NCBI GenBank assembly: GCA_964016885.1 | Contig: OZ024741.1 | Coordinates: 250,418,001 to 250,482,000 of the forward strand | Direction of reading: 5' to 3' | Source: Eledone cirrhosa | Lineage: Eukaryota | Length of the DNA: 64,000 nt | Shown here: in pieces, positions 25,561 through 38,800 of the stretch | Layout of the letters: each line of letters begins with the position of its first letter | Position numbering within the stretch: the first letter of the stretch is position 1 | The notes under the pieces: model-generated | The model's database searches: none | What the model was told of the DNA's origin: nothing | Seen by the model: only the letters and a program-made list of their open reading frames with translations | Translations under genes and position numbers: made by a program

Positions 25561-28500
25561 GGGGGAGATAATTTGTAAAAAAATCAGGGGGAGATAATTT
25601 GTAAAAAAAAAATCAGGGGGAGATAATTTGTAAAAAAAAATCAGGGGGAGATAATTTGTAAAAAAAATCAGGGGTAGATAATTTGTAAAAAAAAATCAGG
25701 GGGAGATAATTTGTAAAAAAAATCAGGGGGAGATAATTTGTAAAAAAAATCAGGGGTAGATAATTTCCAGCCGTCCAAGGGGAGATAATTTCCATCCTTC
25801 CAAGGGGAGATAATTTCCCGCCGTCCAAGGGGAGATAATTTCCCGCCAGCCAAGGAGAGATAATATTTAAAAAAATCAGGCGGGGATAATTTGTAAAAAA
25901 AATCCGTGGGAGATAATTTGTAAAAAAATCAGGGGGAGATAATTTGTAAAAAAAAAATCAGGGGGAGATAATTTTAAAAAAAATAAGGGGGAGATAATTT
26001 GTAAAAAAAAATCAGGGGTAGATAATTTGTAAAAAAAATCAGGGGGAGATAATTTGTAAAAAAAAAATCAGGGGGAGATAATTTGTAAAAAAATCAAGGG
26101 GAGAAAATTTCCAGTCGTCCAAGGGGAGATAATTTTCAGCCGTCCAAGGAGAGGTAATTTCTAGCCGTCCAAGGGGAGATAATTTCCAGCCGTCCAAGGG
26201 GAGATAATTTAAAAAAAAAAATCAGGCGGAGATAATTTGTAAACAAAAATCAGGGGGAGATAATTTGTAAAAAAAAATCAGGGGGAGATAATTTGTAAAA
26301 AAAATCAAGGGGAGATAATTTCCAGCCGTCCAAGGGGAGGTAATATCTAGCCATCCAAGGGGAGATAATTTCCAGCCGTCCAAGGGGAGATAATTTCCAG
26401 CCGTCCAAGGGCAGATAATATCCAGCCGTCCAAGGAGACATATTTTCCAGCCGTCCAAGGAGAGGTAATTTCTAGCCGTCCAAGGGGAGATAAGTTCCAG
26501 CCTCCAAGGGGAGATAATTTCCAGCCAGCCAAGGGGAGATAATTTGTAAAAAAATCAGGGGGAGATAATTTGTAAAAAAAAAATCAGGGGGAGATAATTT
26601 GTAAAAAAAATCAAGGGGAGATAATTTCCAGCCGTCCAAGGGGAGATAATTTTCAGCCGTCCAAGGAGAGGTAAATTCTAGCCGTCCAAGGAGAGATAAT
26701 TTCCAGGCGTCCAAGGGGAGATAATTTCCAGCCGTCCAAGGGGAGATAATTTTTTTAAAAAAATCAGGCGCAGATAAGTTGTAAAAAAAAATCAGGGGGA
26801 GATAATTTGTAAAAAAAATCAGGGGGAGATAATTTGTAAAAAAATCAGGGGGAGATAATTTGTAAAAAAGAATTCAGGGGGAGATAATTTGTAAAAAAAA
26901 TCAGGGGTAGATAATTTGTAAAAAAAAATCAGGGGGAGATAATTTGTAAAAAAACATCAGGGGGAGATAATTTGTAAAAAAAATCAGGAGTAGATAATTT
27001 CCAGCCGTCCAAGGGGAGATAATTTTCAGCCGTCCAAGGAGAGGTAAATTCTAGCCGTCCAAGGAGAGATAATTTCCAGCCATCCAAGGGGAGATAACTT
27101 CCAGCCGTCCAAGGGGAGATAATTTCCCGCCAGCCAAGGGAAGATAATATTTAAAAAAATCAGGCGGAGATAATTTGTAAAAAAAATCAGGGGGAGATAA
27201 TTTGTAAAAAAATCAGGGGGAGATAATTTGTAAAAAAAAAATCAGGGGGAGATAATTTGTAAAAAAAAATCAGGGGGAGATAATTTGTAAAAAAAATCAG
27301 GGGTAGATAATTTGTAAAAAAAAATCAGGGGGAGATAATTTGTAAAAAAAATCAGGGGGAGATAATTTGTAAAAAAAATCAGAGGTAGATAATTTCCAGC
27401 CGTCCAAGGGGAGATAATTTCCATCCTTCCAAGGGGAGATAATTTCCAGCCGTCCAAGGGGAGATAATTTCCCGCCAGCCAAGGAGAGATAATATTTAAA
27501 AAAATCAGGCGGGGATAATTTGTAAAAAAAATCAGGGGGAGATAATTTGTAAAAAAATCAGGGGGAGATAATTTGTAAAAAAAAAATGAGGGGGAGATAA
27601 TTTTAAAAAAAATAAGGGGGCGATAATTTGTAAAAAAAAATCAGGGGTAGAAAATTTGTAAAAAAAAATCAGGGGGAGATAATTTGTAAAAAAAAAATCA
27701 GGGGGAGATAATTTGTAAAAAAATCAAGGGGAGATAATTTCCAGCCGTCCAAGGGGAGATAATTTTCAGCCGTCCAAGGAGAGGTAATTTCTAGCCGTCC
27801 AAGGGGAGATAATTTCCAGCCGCCCAAGGGGAGATAATTTTAAAAAAAAAATCAGGCGGAGATAATTTGTAAACAAAAATCAGGGGGAGATAATTTGTAA
27901 AAAAAATCAGGGGGAGATAATTTGTAAAAAAAAATCAGGGGGAGATAATTTGTAAAAAAAATCAAGGGGAGATAATTTCCGGCCGTCCAAGGGGAGGTAA
28001 TATCTAGCCATCCAAGGGGAGATAATTTCCAGCCGTCCAAGGGGAGATAATTTCCAGCCGTCCAAGGGCAGATAATATCCAGCCGTCCAAGGAGACATAT
28101 TTTCCAGCCGTCCAAGGAGAGGTAATTTCTAGCCGTCCAAGGGGAGATAAGTTCCAGCCTCCAAGGGGAGATAATTTCCAGCCAGCCAAGGGGAGATAAT
28201 TTGTAAAAAAATCAGGGGGAGATAATTTGTAAAAAAAAATCAGGGGGAGATAATTTGTAAAAAAAAATCAGGGGGAGATAATTTGTAAAAAAAATCAAGG
28301 GGAGATAATTTCCAGCCGTCCAAGGGGAGATAATTTTCAGCCGTCCAAGGAGAGGTAAATTCTAGCCGTCCAAGGAGAGATAATTTCCAGGCGTCCAAGG
28401 GGAGATAATTTCCAGCCGTCCAAGGGGAGATAATTTTTTTAAAAAAATCAGGCACAGATAAGTTGTAAAAAAAAATCAGGGGGAGATAATTTGTAAAAAA

Positions 28501-31500
28501 AAATCAGGGGGAGATAATTTGTAAAAAAAATCAAGGGGAGATAATTTCCAGCCGTCCAAGGGAAGATAATTTCCAGCCCTCCAAGGGGCTATAATTTCCA
28601 GCGTCCAAGGGGAGATAATTTCCAGCCAGCGAAGGGGAGATAATTTTTTTTAAAAAATCACTGGGAGATTTGTAAAAAAAATCAGGGGGAGATAATTTGT
28701 AAAAAACTCAAGGGGTGATAATTTCCAGCCGTCCAAAGAGAGATAATTTCTAGCCGTCCAAGGGGAGATAATTTCCAGCCAAGGGGAGATAATTTCCAAC
28801 CTTCCAAGGGGAGATAATTTTTTAAAAAATCAGGTGGAGATAATTTGTAAAAAAATCAGTGGAAGATAATTTGTAAAAAGAAAATCAAGGGCAGATAATT
28901 TCCAGCCGTCCAAGGGGAGATAATTTACCGCCAGCCAAGGGAAGATAATATTTATAAAAATCAGGCGGAGATAATTTGTAAAAAAAATCAGGGGGAGATA
29001 ATTTGTAAAAAAATCAGGGGGAGATAATTTGTAAAAGAAAAATCAGGGGGAGATAATTTGTAAAAAAAATCAGGGGGAGATAATTTGTAAAAAAAAATCA
29101 GGGGTAGATAATTTGTAAAAAAAAATCAGGGGGAGATAATTTGTAAAAAAAAATCAGGGGGAGATAATTTGTAAAAAAAATCAAGGGGAGATAATTTCCA
29201 GCCGTCCAAGGAGAGATAATTTTTAAAAAAAATCAGGCGGAGATAATTTGTAAAAAAAATCAAGGGGAGATAATTTCCAGCCGTCCAAGGGAAGATAATT
29301 TGCAGCCCTCCAAGGGGCTATAATTTCCAGTGTCCAAGGGGAGATAATTTCCAGCCAGCGAAGGGGAGATAATTTTTTTTTAAAAATCAGGGGGAGATTT
29401 GTAAAAAAAATCAGAGGGAGATAATTTGTAAAAAAAATCAAAGGGAGATAATTTCCAGCCGTCCAAAGAGACATAATTTCTAGCCGTCCAAGGGGAGATA
29501 ATTTCCAGCCAAGGGGAGATAATTTCCAGCCGTCCAAGGGGAGATAATTTCCATCCTTCCAAGGGGAGATAATTTCCAGCCGTCCATGGGGAGATAATTT
29601 CCCGCCAGCCAAGGGAAGATAATTTTTAAAAAAATCAGGGGGAGATAATTTGTAAAAAAATCAGGGGGAGATAATTTGTAAAAAAAAAATCAGGGGGAGA
29701 TAATTTGTAAAAAAAAATCAGGGGGAGATAATTTGTAAAAAAAAATCAGGGGGAGATAATTTGTAAAAAAAATCAGGGGTAGATAATTTGTAAAAAAAAT
29801 CAGGGGGAGATAATTTGTAAAAAAAATCAGGGGGAGATAATTTGTAAAAAAAATCAAGGGGAGATAATTTGCAGCCGTCCAAGGGGAGATAATTTTCAGC
29901 CGTCCAAGGAGAGATAATTTCTAGCCGTCCAAGGGGAGATAATTTCCAGCCGTCCAAGGGGAGATAATTTCCAGCCGTCCAAGGGGAGATAATTTTTTTT
30001 TAAAAATCAGGCGGAGATAATTTGTAAAAAAAAAATCAGAGGGAGATAATTTGTAAAAAAAAATCAGGGGGAGATAATTTGTAAAAAAAATCAAGGGGAG
30101 ATAATTTCCAGCCGTCCAAGGGAAGATAACTTCCAGCCCTCCAAGGGGCTATAATTTCCAGCGTCCAAGGGGAGATAATTTCCAGCCAGCGAAGGGGAGA
30201 TAATTTTTTTTAAAAATCATTGGGAGATTTGTAAAAAAAATCAGGGGGAGATAATTTGTAAAAAAAATCAAGGGGAGATAATTTCCAGCCGTCCAAGGGG
30301 AGGTAATATCTATCCGTCCAAGGGGAGATAATTTCCAGCCGTCCAAGGGGAGATAATTTCCAGCCGTCCAAGGGGAGATAAATTCCAGCCTCCAAGGGGA
30401 GGTAATTTCCAGCCAGCCAAGAGGAGATAATTTGTAAAAAAATCAGGGGGAGATAATTTGTAAAAAAAATCAGGGGGAGATAATTTGTAAAAAAAAATCA
30501 GGGGGAGATAATTTGTAAAAAAAAATCAGGGGGAGATAATTTGTAAAAAAAAATCAGGGGGAGATAATTTGTAAAAAAAATCAGGGGTAGATAATTTGTA
30601 AAAAAAATCAGGGGGAGATAATTTGTAAAAAAAATCAGGGGGAGATAATTTGTAAAAAAAATCAAGGGGAGATAATTTGCAGCCGTCCAAGGGGAGATAA
30701 TTTTCAGCCGTCCAAGGAGAGGTAAATTCTAGCCGTCCAAGGAGAGATAATTTCCAGGCGTCCAAGGGGAGATAATTTCCAGCCGTCCAAGGGGAGATAA
30801 TTTTTTTAAAAAAATCAGGCGCAGATAAGTTGTAAAAAAAAATCAGGGGGAGATAATTTGTAAAAAAAATCAGGGGGAGATAATTTGTAAAAAAATCAGG
30901 GGGAGATAATTTGTAAAAAAAATCAGGGGGAGATAATTTGTAAAAAAAATCAGGGGTAGATAATTTGTAAAAAAAAATCAGGGGGAGATAATTTGTAAAA
31001 AAACATCAGGGGGAGATAATTTGTAAAAAAAATCAGGAGTAGATAATTTCCAGCCGTCCAAGGGGAGATAATTTTCAGCCGTCCAAGGAGAGGTAAATTC
31101 TAGCCGTCCAAGGAGAGATAATTTCCAGCCGTCCAAGGGGAGATAATTTCCAGCCGTCCAAGGGGAGATAATTTTAAAAAAAAAATCAGGCGCAGATAAG
31201 TTGTAAAAAAAATCAGGGTCAGATAATTTGTAAAAAAAAATCAGGGGGAGATAATTTGTAAAAAAAATAAAGGGGAGATAATTTCCAGCCGTCCAAGGGA
31301 AGATAATTTCCAGCCCTCCAAGGGGCTATAATTTCCAGCGTCCAAGGGGAGATAATTTCCAGCCAGCGAAGGGGAGATAATTTTTTTTTAAAAATCACTG
31401 GGAGATTTGTAAAAAAAATCAGGGGGAGATAATTTGTAAAAAACTCAAGGGATGATAATTTCCAGCCGTCCAAAGAGAGATAATTTCTAGCCGTATAAGG

Positions 31501-32360
31501 GGAGATAATTTCCAGCCAAGGGGAGATAATTTCCAGCCTTCCAAGGGGAGATAATTTTTTAAAAAATCAGGTGGAGATAATTTGTAAAAAAAATCAGTGG
31601 AAGATAATTTGTAAAAAGAAAATCAAGGGCAGATAATTTCCAGCCGTCCAAGGGGAGATAATTTCCCGCCAGCCAAGGGAAGATAATATTTAAAAAAATC
31701 AGGCGGAGATAATTTGTAAAAAAAATCAGGGGGAGATAATTTGTAAAAAAATCAGGGGGAGATAATTTGTAAAAAAAAAATCAGGGGGAGATAATTTGTA
31801 AAAAAAAATCAGGGGGAGATAATTTGTAAAAAAAATCAGGGGTAGATAATTTGTAAAAAAAAATCAGGGGGAGATAATTTGTAAAAAAAATGAGGGGGAG
31901 ATAATTTGTAAAAAAAATCAGGGGTAGATAATTTCCAGCCGTCCAAGGGGAGATAATTTCCATCCTTCCAAGGGGAGATAATTTCCAGCCGTCCAAGGGG
32001 AGATAATTACCCGCCAGCCAAGGAGAGATAATATTTAAAAAAATCAGGCGGGGATAATTTGTAAAAAAAATCAGGGGGAGATAATTTGTAAAAAAATCAG
32101 GGGGAGATAATTTGTAAAAAAAAAATGAGGGGGAGATAATTTTAAAAAAAATAAGGGGGAGATAATTTGTAAAAAAAAATCAGGGGTAGATAATTTGTAA
32201 AAAAAAATCAGGGGGAGATAATTTGTAAAAAAAAAATCAGGGGGAGATAATTTGTAAAAAAATCAAGGGGAGATAATTTCCAGCCGTCCAAGGGGAGATA
32301 ATTTTCAGCCGTCCAAGGAGAGGTAATTTCTAGCCGTCCAAGGGGAGATAATTTCCAGCC
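24661..32360. repeat. Long-range copy of window bases 1 to about 8640 (offset 22.9-24.7 kb)
   Basis: 24661-24870 matches 1-210. Shared rare variants occur in the same order: GAGAAAATTTCCAGTCG (about 1572/26101), GCCCAAGG (4861/27822), CGGCCGTCC (about 5019/27980), CCATGGGG (about 6649/29584), CCGTATAAGG (about 7769/31491). Confidence 0.9.
30420..30663 (+). repeat. Representative type B block: 9 tandem monomers, consensus CAGGGGGAGATAATTTGT(A)7-10T
   Basis: Counted directly. Monomer length varies with A-tract length, and the GGGGTAG variant is common. Confidence 0.95.
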
Positions 32361-32839
32361 GTCCAAGTGGAGATAATTTTTTTAAAAAAATCAGGCGGAG
32401 ATAATTTGTAAACAAAAATCAGGGGGAGATAATTTGTAAAAAAAAATCAGGGGGAGATAATTTGTAAAAAAAAATCAGGGAGATAATTTGTAAAAAAAAT
32501 CAAGGGGAGATAATTTCCAGCCGTCCAAGGGGAGGTAATATCTAGCCATCCAAGGGGAGATAATTTCCAGCCGTCCTTGGGGAGATAATTTCCAGCCGTC
32601 CAAGGGGAGATAATATCCAGCCGTCCAAGGAGACATATTTTCCAGCCGTCCAAGGAGAGGTAATTTCTAGCCGTCCAAGGGGAGATAAGTTCCAGCCTCC
32701 AAGGGGAGATAATTTCCAGCCAGCCAAGGGGAGATAATTTGTAAAAAAATCAGGGGGAGATAATTTGTAAAAAAAAATCAGGGGGAGATAATTTGTAAAA
32801 AAAAATCAGGGGGAGATAATTTGTAAAAAAAATCAAGGG

Positions 32840-35800
32840 GAGATAATTTGCAGCCGTCCAAGGGGAGATAATTTCCAGCCGTCCAAAGAGAGATAATTTC
32901 TAGACGTCCAAGGGGAGATAATTTCCAGCCGTCCAAGGGGAGATAATTTCCAGCCGTCCAAGGGGAGATAATTTTTTAAAATATCAGGTGGAGATAATTT
33001 GTAAAAAAATCAGGGGGAGATAATTTGTAAAAACAAAATCAAGGGCAGATAATTTCCAGCCGTCCAAGGGGAGATAATTTCCCGCCAGCCAAGGGAAGAT
33101 AATTTTAGAAAACATCAGACGGAGATAATTTGTAGAAAAATCAGGGGGAGATAATTTCCAGCCGTCCAAGGGGAGATAATTTTCAGCCGTGCAAGGAGAG
33201 GTAATTTCTAGCCGTCCAAGGGGAGATAATTTCCAGCCGTGCAAGGGGAGATAATTTCCAGCCGTCCAAAGAGAGATAATTTCTAGCCGTCCAAGGGGAG
33301 ATAATTTCCAGCCGTTCAAGGGGATATAATTTCCAGCCGTCCAAGGAGAGGTAATTTCAAGCCGTCCAAGGGGAGATAATTTCCAGCCCTCCAAGGGGAG
33401 ATAAATTCCAGCCTCCAAGGGGAGATAATTTCCAGCCAGCCAAGGGGAGATAATTTGTAAAAAAATCAGGGGGAGATAATTTGTAAAAAAAATCAGGGGG
33501 AGATAATTTGTAAAAAAAAATCAGGGGGAGATAATTTGTAAAAAAAAATCAGGGGGAGATAATTTGTAAAAAAAATCAAGGGGAGATAATTTTCAGCCGT
33601 CCAAGGGGAGATAATTTTCAGCCGTCCAAGGAGAGGTAATTTCTAGCCGTCCAAGGGGATATAATTTCCAGCCGTCCAAGGAGAGATAATTTCCAGCCGT
33701 CCAAGGGGAGATAATTTAAAAAAAAAATCAGGCGGAGATAATTTGTAAAAAATAAATCAGGGGGAGATAATTTGTAAAAAAAAATCAGGGGGAGATAATT
33801 TGTAAAAAAAATCAAGGGGAGATAATTTCCAGCCGTCCAAGGGAAGATAACTTCCAGCCCTCCAAGGGGCTATAATTTCCAGCGTCCAAGGGGAGATAAT
33901 TTCCAGCCAGCGAAGGGGAGATAATTTTTTTTAAAAATCACTGGGAGATTTGTAAAAAAAATCAGGGGGAGATAATTTGTAAAAAAAATCAAGGGGAGAT
34001 AATTTCCAGCCGTCCAAAGAGAGATAATTTCTAGCCGTCCAAGGGGAGATAATTTCCAGCCAAGGGGAGATAATTTCCAGCCGTCCAAGGGGAGATAATT
34101 TCCAGCCGTGCAAGGGGAGATAATTTCCAGCCGTCCAAGGGGAGATAATTTCCATCCTTCCAAGGGGAGATAATTTCCAGCCGTCCAAGGGGAGATTATT
34201 TCCCGCCAGCCAAGGGAAGATAATATTTAAAAAAATCAGGCGGAGATAATTTGTTAAATAAATCAGGGGGAGATAATTTGTAAAAAATCAGGGGGAGATA
34301 ATTTGTAAAAAAGATCAGGGGGAGATAATTTGTAAAAAAAAATCAGGGGTAGATAATATGTAAAATAAAATCAGGGGGAGATAATTTGTAAAAAAAAAAA
34401 TCAGGGGGAGATAAATTGTAAAAAAAATCAAGGGGAGATAATTTTCAGCCGTCCAAGGAGGGCTAATTTCTAGCCGTCCAAGGGGAGATAATTTCCAGCC
34501 GTCCAAGGGGAGATAATTTCCAGCCGTCAAAGGGGAGATAATTTTTTTAAAAAAATCAGGCGGAGATAATTTGTAAAAAAAAAATCAGGGGGAGATAATT
34601 TGTAAAAAAAATCAGGGGGAGATAATTTGTAAAAAAATCAAGGGGAGATAATTTCCAGCCGTCCAAGGGAAGATAATTTCCAGCCTCCAAGGGGCTATAA
34701 TTTCCAGCGTCCAAGGGGAGATAATTTCCAGCCAGCGAAGGGGAGATAATTTTTTTTAAAAAATCACTGGGAGATTTGTAAAAAAAATCAGGGGGAGATA
34801 ATTTGTAAAAAGAATCAAGGGGAGATAATTTCCAGCCGTCCAAAGAGAGATAATTTCTAGCCGTCCAAGGGGAGATAATTTCCAGCCGTCCAAGGGGAGA
34901 TAATTTTTTAAAATATAGGTGGAGATAATTTGTAAAAAAATCAGGGGGAGATAATTTGTAAAAACAAAATCAAGGGCAGATAATTTCCAGCCGTCCAAGG
35001 GGAGATAATTTCCAGCCGTGCAAGGGGAGATAATTTGTAAAAAAAATCAGGGGGAGATAATTTCAAGCCGTCCAAGGGGAGATAATTTTCAGCCGTCCAA
35101 GGAGAGGTAATTTCTAGCCGTCCAAGGGAAGATAATTTCCAGCCGTCCAAGGAGAGGTAATTTCTAGCCGTCCAAGGGGAGATAATGTCCAGCCGTCCTA
35201 GGGGAGATAATTTCCAGCCGTCCAAGGGGAGATAATTTTTAAAAAAATCAGGCGGAGATAATTTGTAAAAAAAAAAAATCAGGGGGAGATAATTTGTAAA
35301 AAAAAATCAGGGGGAGATAATTTGTAAAAAAAATCAAGGGGAGATAATTTCCAGCCAGCGAAGGGGAGATAATTTTTTTTAAAAAATCACTGGGAGATTT
35401 GTAAAAAAAATCAGGGGGAGATAATTTGTAAAAAAAATCAAGGGGAGATAATTTCCAGCCGTCCAAAGAGAGATAATTTCTAGCCGTCCAAGGGGAGATA
35501 ATTTCCAGCCAAGGGGAGATAATTTCCAGCCGTCCAAGGGGAGATAATTTTTTAAAAAATCAGGTGGAGATAATTTGTAAAAAAAATCAGGGGATGATAA
35601 TTTGTAAAAACAAAATCAAGGGCAGATAATTTCCAGCCGTCCAAGGGGAAATAATTTCCAGCAGTGCAAGGGGAGATAATTTCCAGCCGTCCAAGGGGAG
35701 ATAATTTCCATCCTTCCAAGGGAAGATAATTTCCAGCCGTCCAAGGGGAGATAATTTCCCGCCAGCCAAGGGAAGATAATATTTAAAAAAATCAGGCGGA

Positions 35801-38800
35801 GATAATTTGTAAAAAAAATCCGGGGGAGATAATTTGTAAAAAAATCAGGGGTAGATAATTTGTAAAAAAAATCAAGGTGAGATAATTTCCAGCCGTCCAA
35901 GGGGAGATAATTTCCAGCCAGCGAAGGGGAGATAATTTTTTTTTTAAATCAGGGGTAGATTGGTAAAAAAAAATCAGGGGGAGATAATTTGTAAAAAAAT
36001 CAAGGGGAGATAATTTCCAGCCGTCGAAGGAGAGATAATTTATAGCCGTCCAAGGGGAGATAATTTCCAGCAAGCCAAGGGAGATAATATTTTAAAAAAA
36101 TCAGGCGGAGATGATTTGTAAAAAAAATCAGGTGGAGATAATTTGTTAAAAAAAATCAGGGGGCGATAATTTCCAGCCGTCCAAGGGGAGATAATTTTTT
36201 TTTTTAAATCAGGGGAGATAATTTGTAAAAAAAATCAGGGGGAGATAATTTGTGAAAAAAATCAGGGGGAGATAATTTGAAAAAAAAAATCAGGGGGAGC
36301 TAATTTGTAAAAAAATATCAGGGGGAGATAATTTCCAGCCAGCCAAGGGGAGATATTTGTAAAAAAAAATCAGGGAGAGATAATTTGTAAAAAAAAAATC
36401 AGGGGTAGATAATTTGTAGAAGAAATCAAGGGGAGATAATTTCCAGCCATCCAAGGGGAGATAATTTCCATCTAGCCAAGGGGAGATAATTTTTTTTTTT
36501 AAATCAGGCGGAGATAATTTGTAAAAAAAATCAGGGTGAGATACTTAGTAAAAAAAATCAAGGGGAGATAATTTCCAGCCGTCCAAGGGGAGATAATTTC
36601 CAGCCCTACAAGCGGCTATAATTTCCAGCCGTCCAAAGGAAGATAATTTCCAGCCAGCGAAGGGGAGATAATTTTTTTTTTAATTAGGTGGAGATTTGTA
36701 AAAAAAAATCAGACGGAGATAATTTGTAAAAAAAATCAAGGGGAAATAATTTCCAGCCGTCCAAGGGGAGATAATTTCCAGCCGTCCAAGGGCAGATAAT
36801 TTCCAGCCGTCCAAGGAGAGGTAATATCTAGCCGTCCAAGGGGAGATAATTTCCAGCCGTCCAAGGGGAGATAATTTCCAGCCGTCCAAGGGGAGATAAT
36901 TTCCAGCCGTCCAAGGAGACATAATTTCCAGCCGTCCAAGGAGAGGTAATTTCTAGCCGTCAAAGGGGAGATAAATTCCAGCCTCCAAGGGGAGATAATT
37001 TCCAGCCAGCCAAGGGGATATAATTTGTAAAAAAAATCAGGGGGAGATAATTTGTAAAAAAAAATCAGGGGGAGATAATTTGTAAAAAAAATCAGGGGGA
37101 GATAATTTGTAAAAAAAAATCAGGGGGAGATAATTTGTAAAAAAATCATGGGGAGATATTTTCCAGCCGTCCAAGGGGAGATAATTTTCAGCCGTCCAAG
37201 GAGAGGTAATTTCTAGCCGTCCAAGGGGAGATAATTTCCAGCCGTCCAAGGGGAGATAATTTCCAGCCGTCCAAGGGGAGATAATTTTTTTAAAAAAATC
37301 AGGCGGAGATAATTTGTAAAAAAAAATCAGGGGGAGATAATTTGTAAAAAAAAATCGGGGAGATAATTTGTAAAAACAAATCAGGGGGAGATAATATGTA
37401 AAAAAATCAAGGGGAGATAATTTCCAGCCGTCCAAGGGAAGATAATTTCCAGCCCTCCAAGGGGCTATAATTTCCAGCCAGCGAAAGGGAGATAATTTTT
37501 TTTAAAAAATCACTGGGAGATTTGTAAAAAAAATCAGGGGGAGATAATTTGTAAAAAAAATCAAGGGGAGATAATTTCCAGCCGTCCAAAGAGAGATAAT
37601 TTCTAGCCGTCCAAGGGGAGATAATTTCCAGCCGTGCAAGGGGAGATAATTTCCAGCCGTCCAAGGGGAGATAATTTCCATCCTTCCAAGGGGAGATAAT
37701 TTGTAAAAAAAAAATCAGGGGGAGATAATTTGTAAAAAAGTCAGGGAGATAATTTGTAAAAAAAAATCAGGGGTAGATAATATGTAAAATAAAATCAGGG
37801 GGAGATAATTTGTAAAAAAAAAAATCAGGGGGAGATAATTTGTAAAAAAAATCAAGGGGAGATAATTTTCAGCCGTCCAAGGAGAGGTAATTTCTAGCCG
37901 TCCAAGGGGAGATCATTTCCAGCCGTCCAAGGGGAGATAATTTCCAGCCGTCCAAGGGGAGATAATTTTTAAAAAAAAATCAGGGGGAGATAATTTGTAA
38001 AAAAAAATCAGGGGGAGATAATTTGTAAAAAAAATCAAGGGGAGATAATTTCCAGCCGTCCAAGGGAAGATAATTTCCAGCCTCCAAGGGGCTATAATTT
38101 CCAGCGTCCAAGGGGAGATAATTTCCAGCCAACGAAGGGGAGATAATGTTTTTTAAAAAATCACTGGTAGATTTGTAAAAAAAATCAGGGGGAGATAATT
38201 TGTAAAAAGAATCAAGGGGAGATAATTTCCAGCCGTCCAAAGAGAGATAATTTCTAGCCGTCCAAGGGGAGATAATTTCCAGCCAAGGGGAGATAATTTC
38301 CAGCCGTCCAAGGGGAGATAATTTTTAAAATATCAGGTGGAGATAATTTGTAAAAAAAATCAGGGGGAGATAATTTGTAAAAACAAAATCAAGGGCAGAT
38401 AATTTCCAGCCGTCCAAGGGGAGATAATTTCCAGACGTGCAAGGGGAGATAATTTGTAAAAAAAATCAGGGGGAGATAATTTCCAGCCGTCCAAGGGGAG
38501 ATAATTTTCAGCCGTCCAAGGAGAGGTAATTTCTAGCCGTCCAAGGGGAGATAATTTCCAGCCGTGCAAGGGGAGATAATTTCCAGCCGTCCAAGGGGAG
38601 ATAATTTCCATCCTTCCAAGGGGAGATAATTTCCAGCCGTCCAAGGGGAGATAATTTCCATCCAGCCAAGGGGAGATAATTTAAAAAAAATCAGGCGGAG
38701 ATAATTTGTAAAAAAAAAAATCAGGGGGAGATAATTTGTAAAAAAAAATCAGGGGGAGATAATTTGTAAAAAAATCAGGGGTAGATAATTTGTAAAAAAA

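Larger units (their letters stand above)
1..32840. repeat. Left satellite sub-family domain, built on a roughly 3.1-3.4 kb HOR
   Basis: Diagnostic variants seen only here: GGAGACATATTTTCC (about 1907, 5131, 10312, 13414, 14263, 17030, 18618, 21090, 24496, 26435, 28092, 32630), CAGGCGCAGATAAG, GGTAAATTCTAG, AAACTCAAGGGGTGATA and AAAGAAAATCAAGGGCAG. Confidence 0.85.

Noticed and set aside
30420-30663. Phased A-tract bent DNA (kinetoplast-like)
   Set aside because: Tract spacing of 26-29 bp is about 2.5-2.7 helical turns, out of phase with 10.5 bp, so bends should not add up coherently.
33142-33441. NF-kB-like site in GGGGAGATAATTTCC
   Set aside because: The spacing between GGG and TTCC is too long for the 10-bp GGGRNNYYCC consensus.
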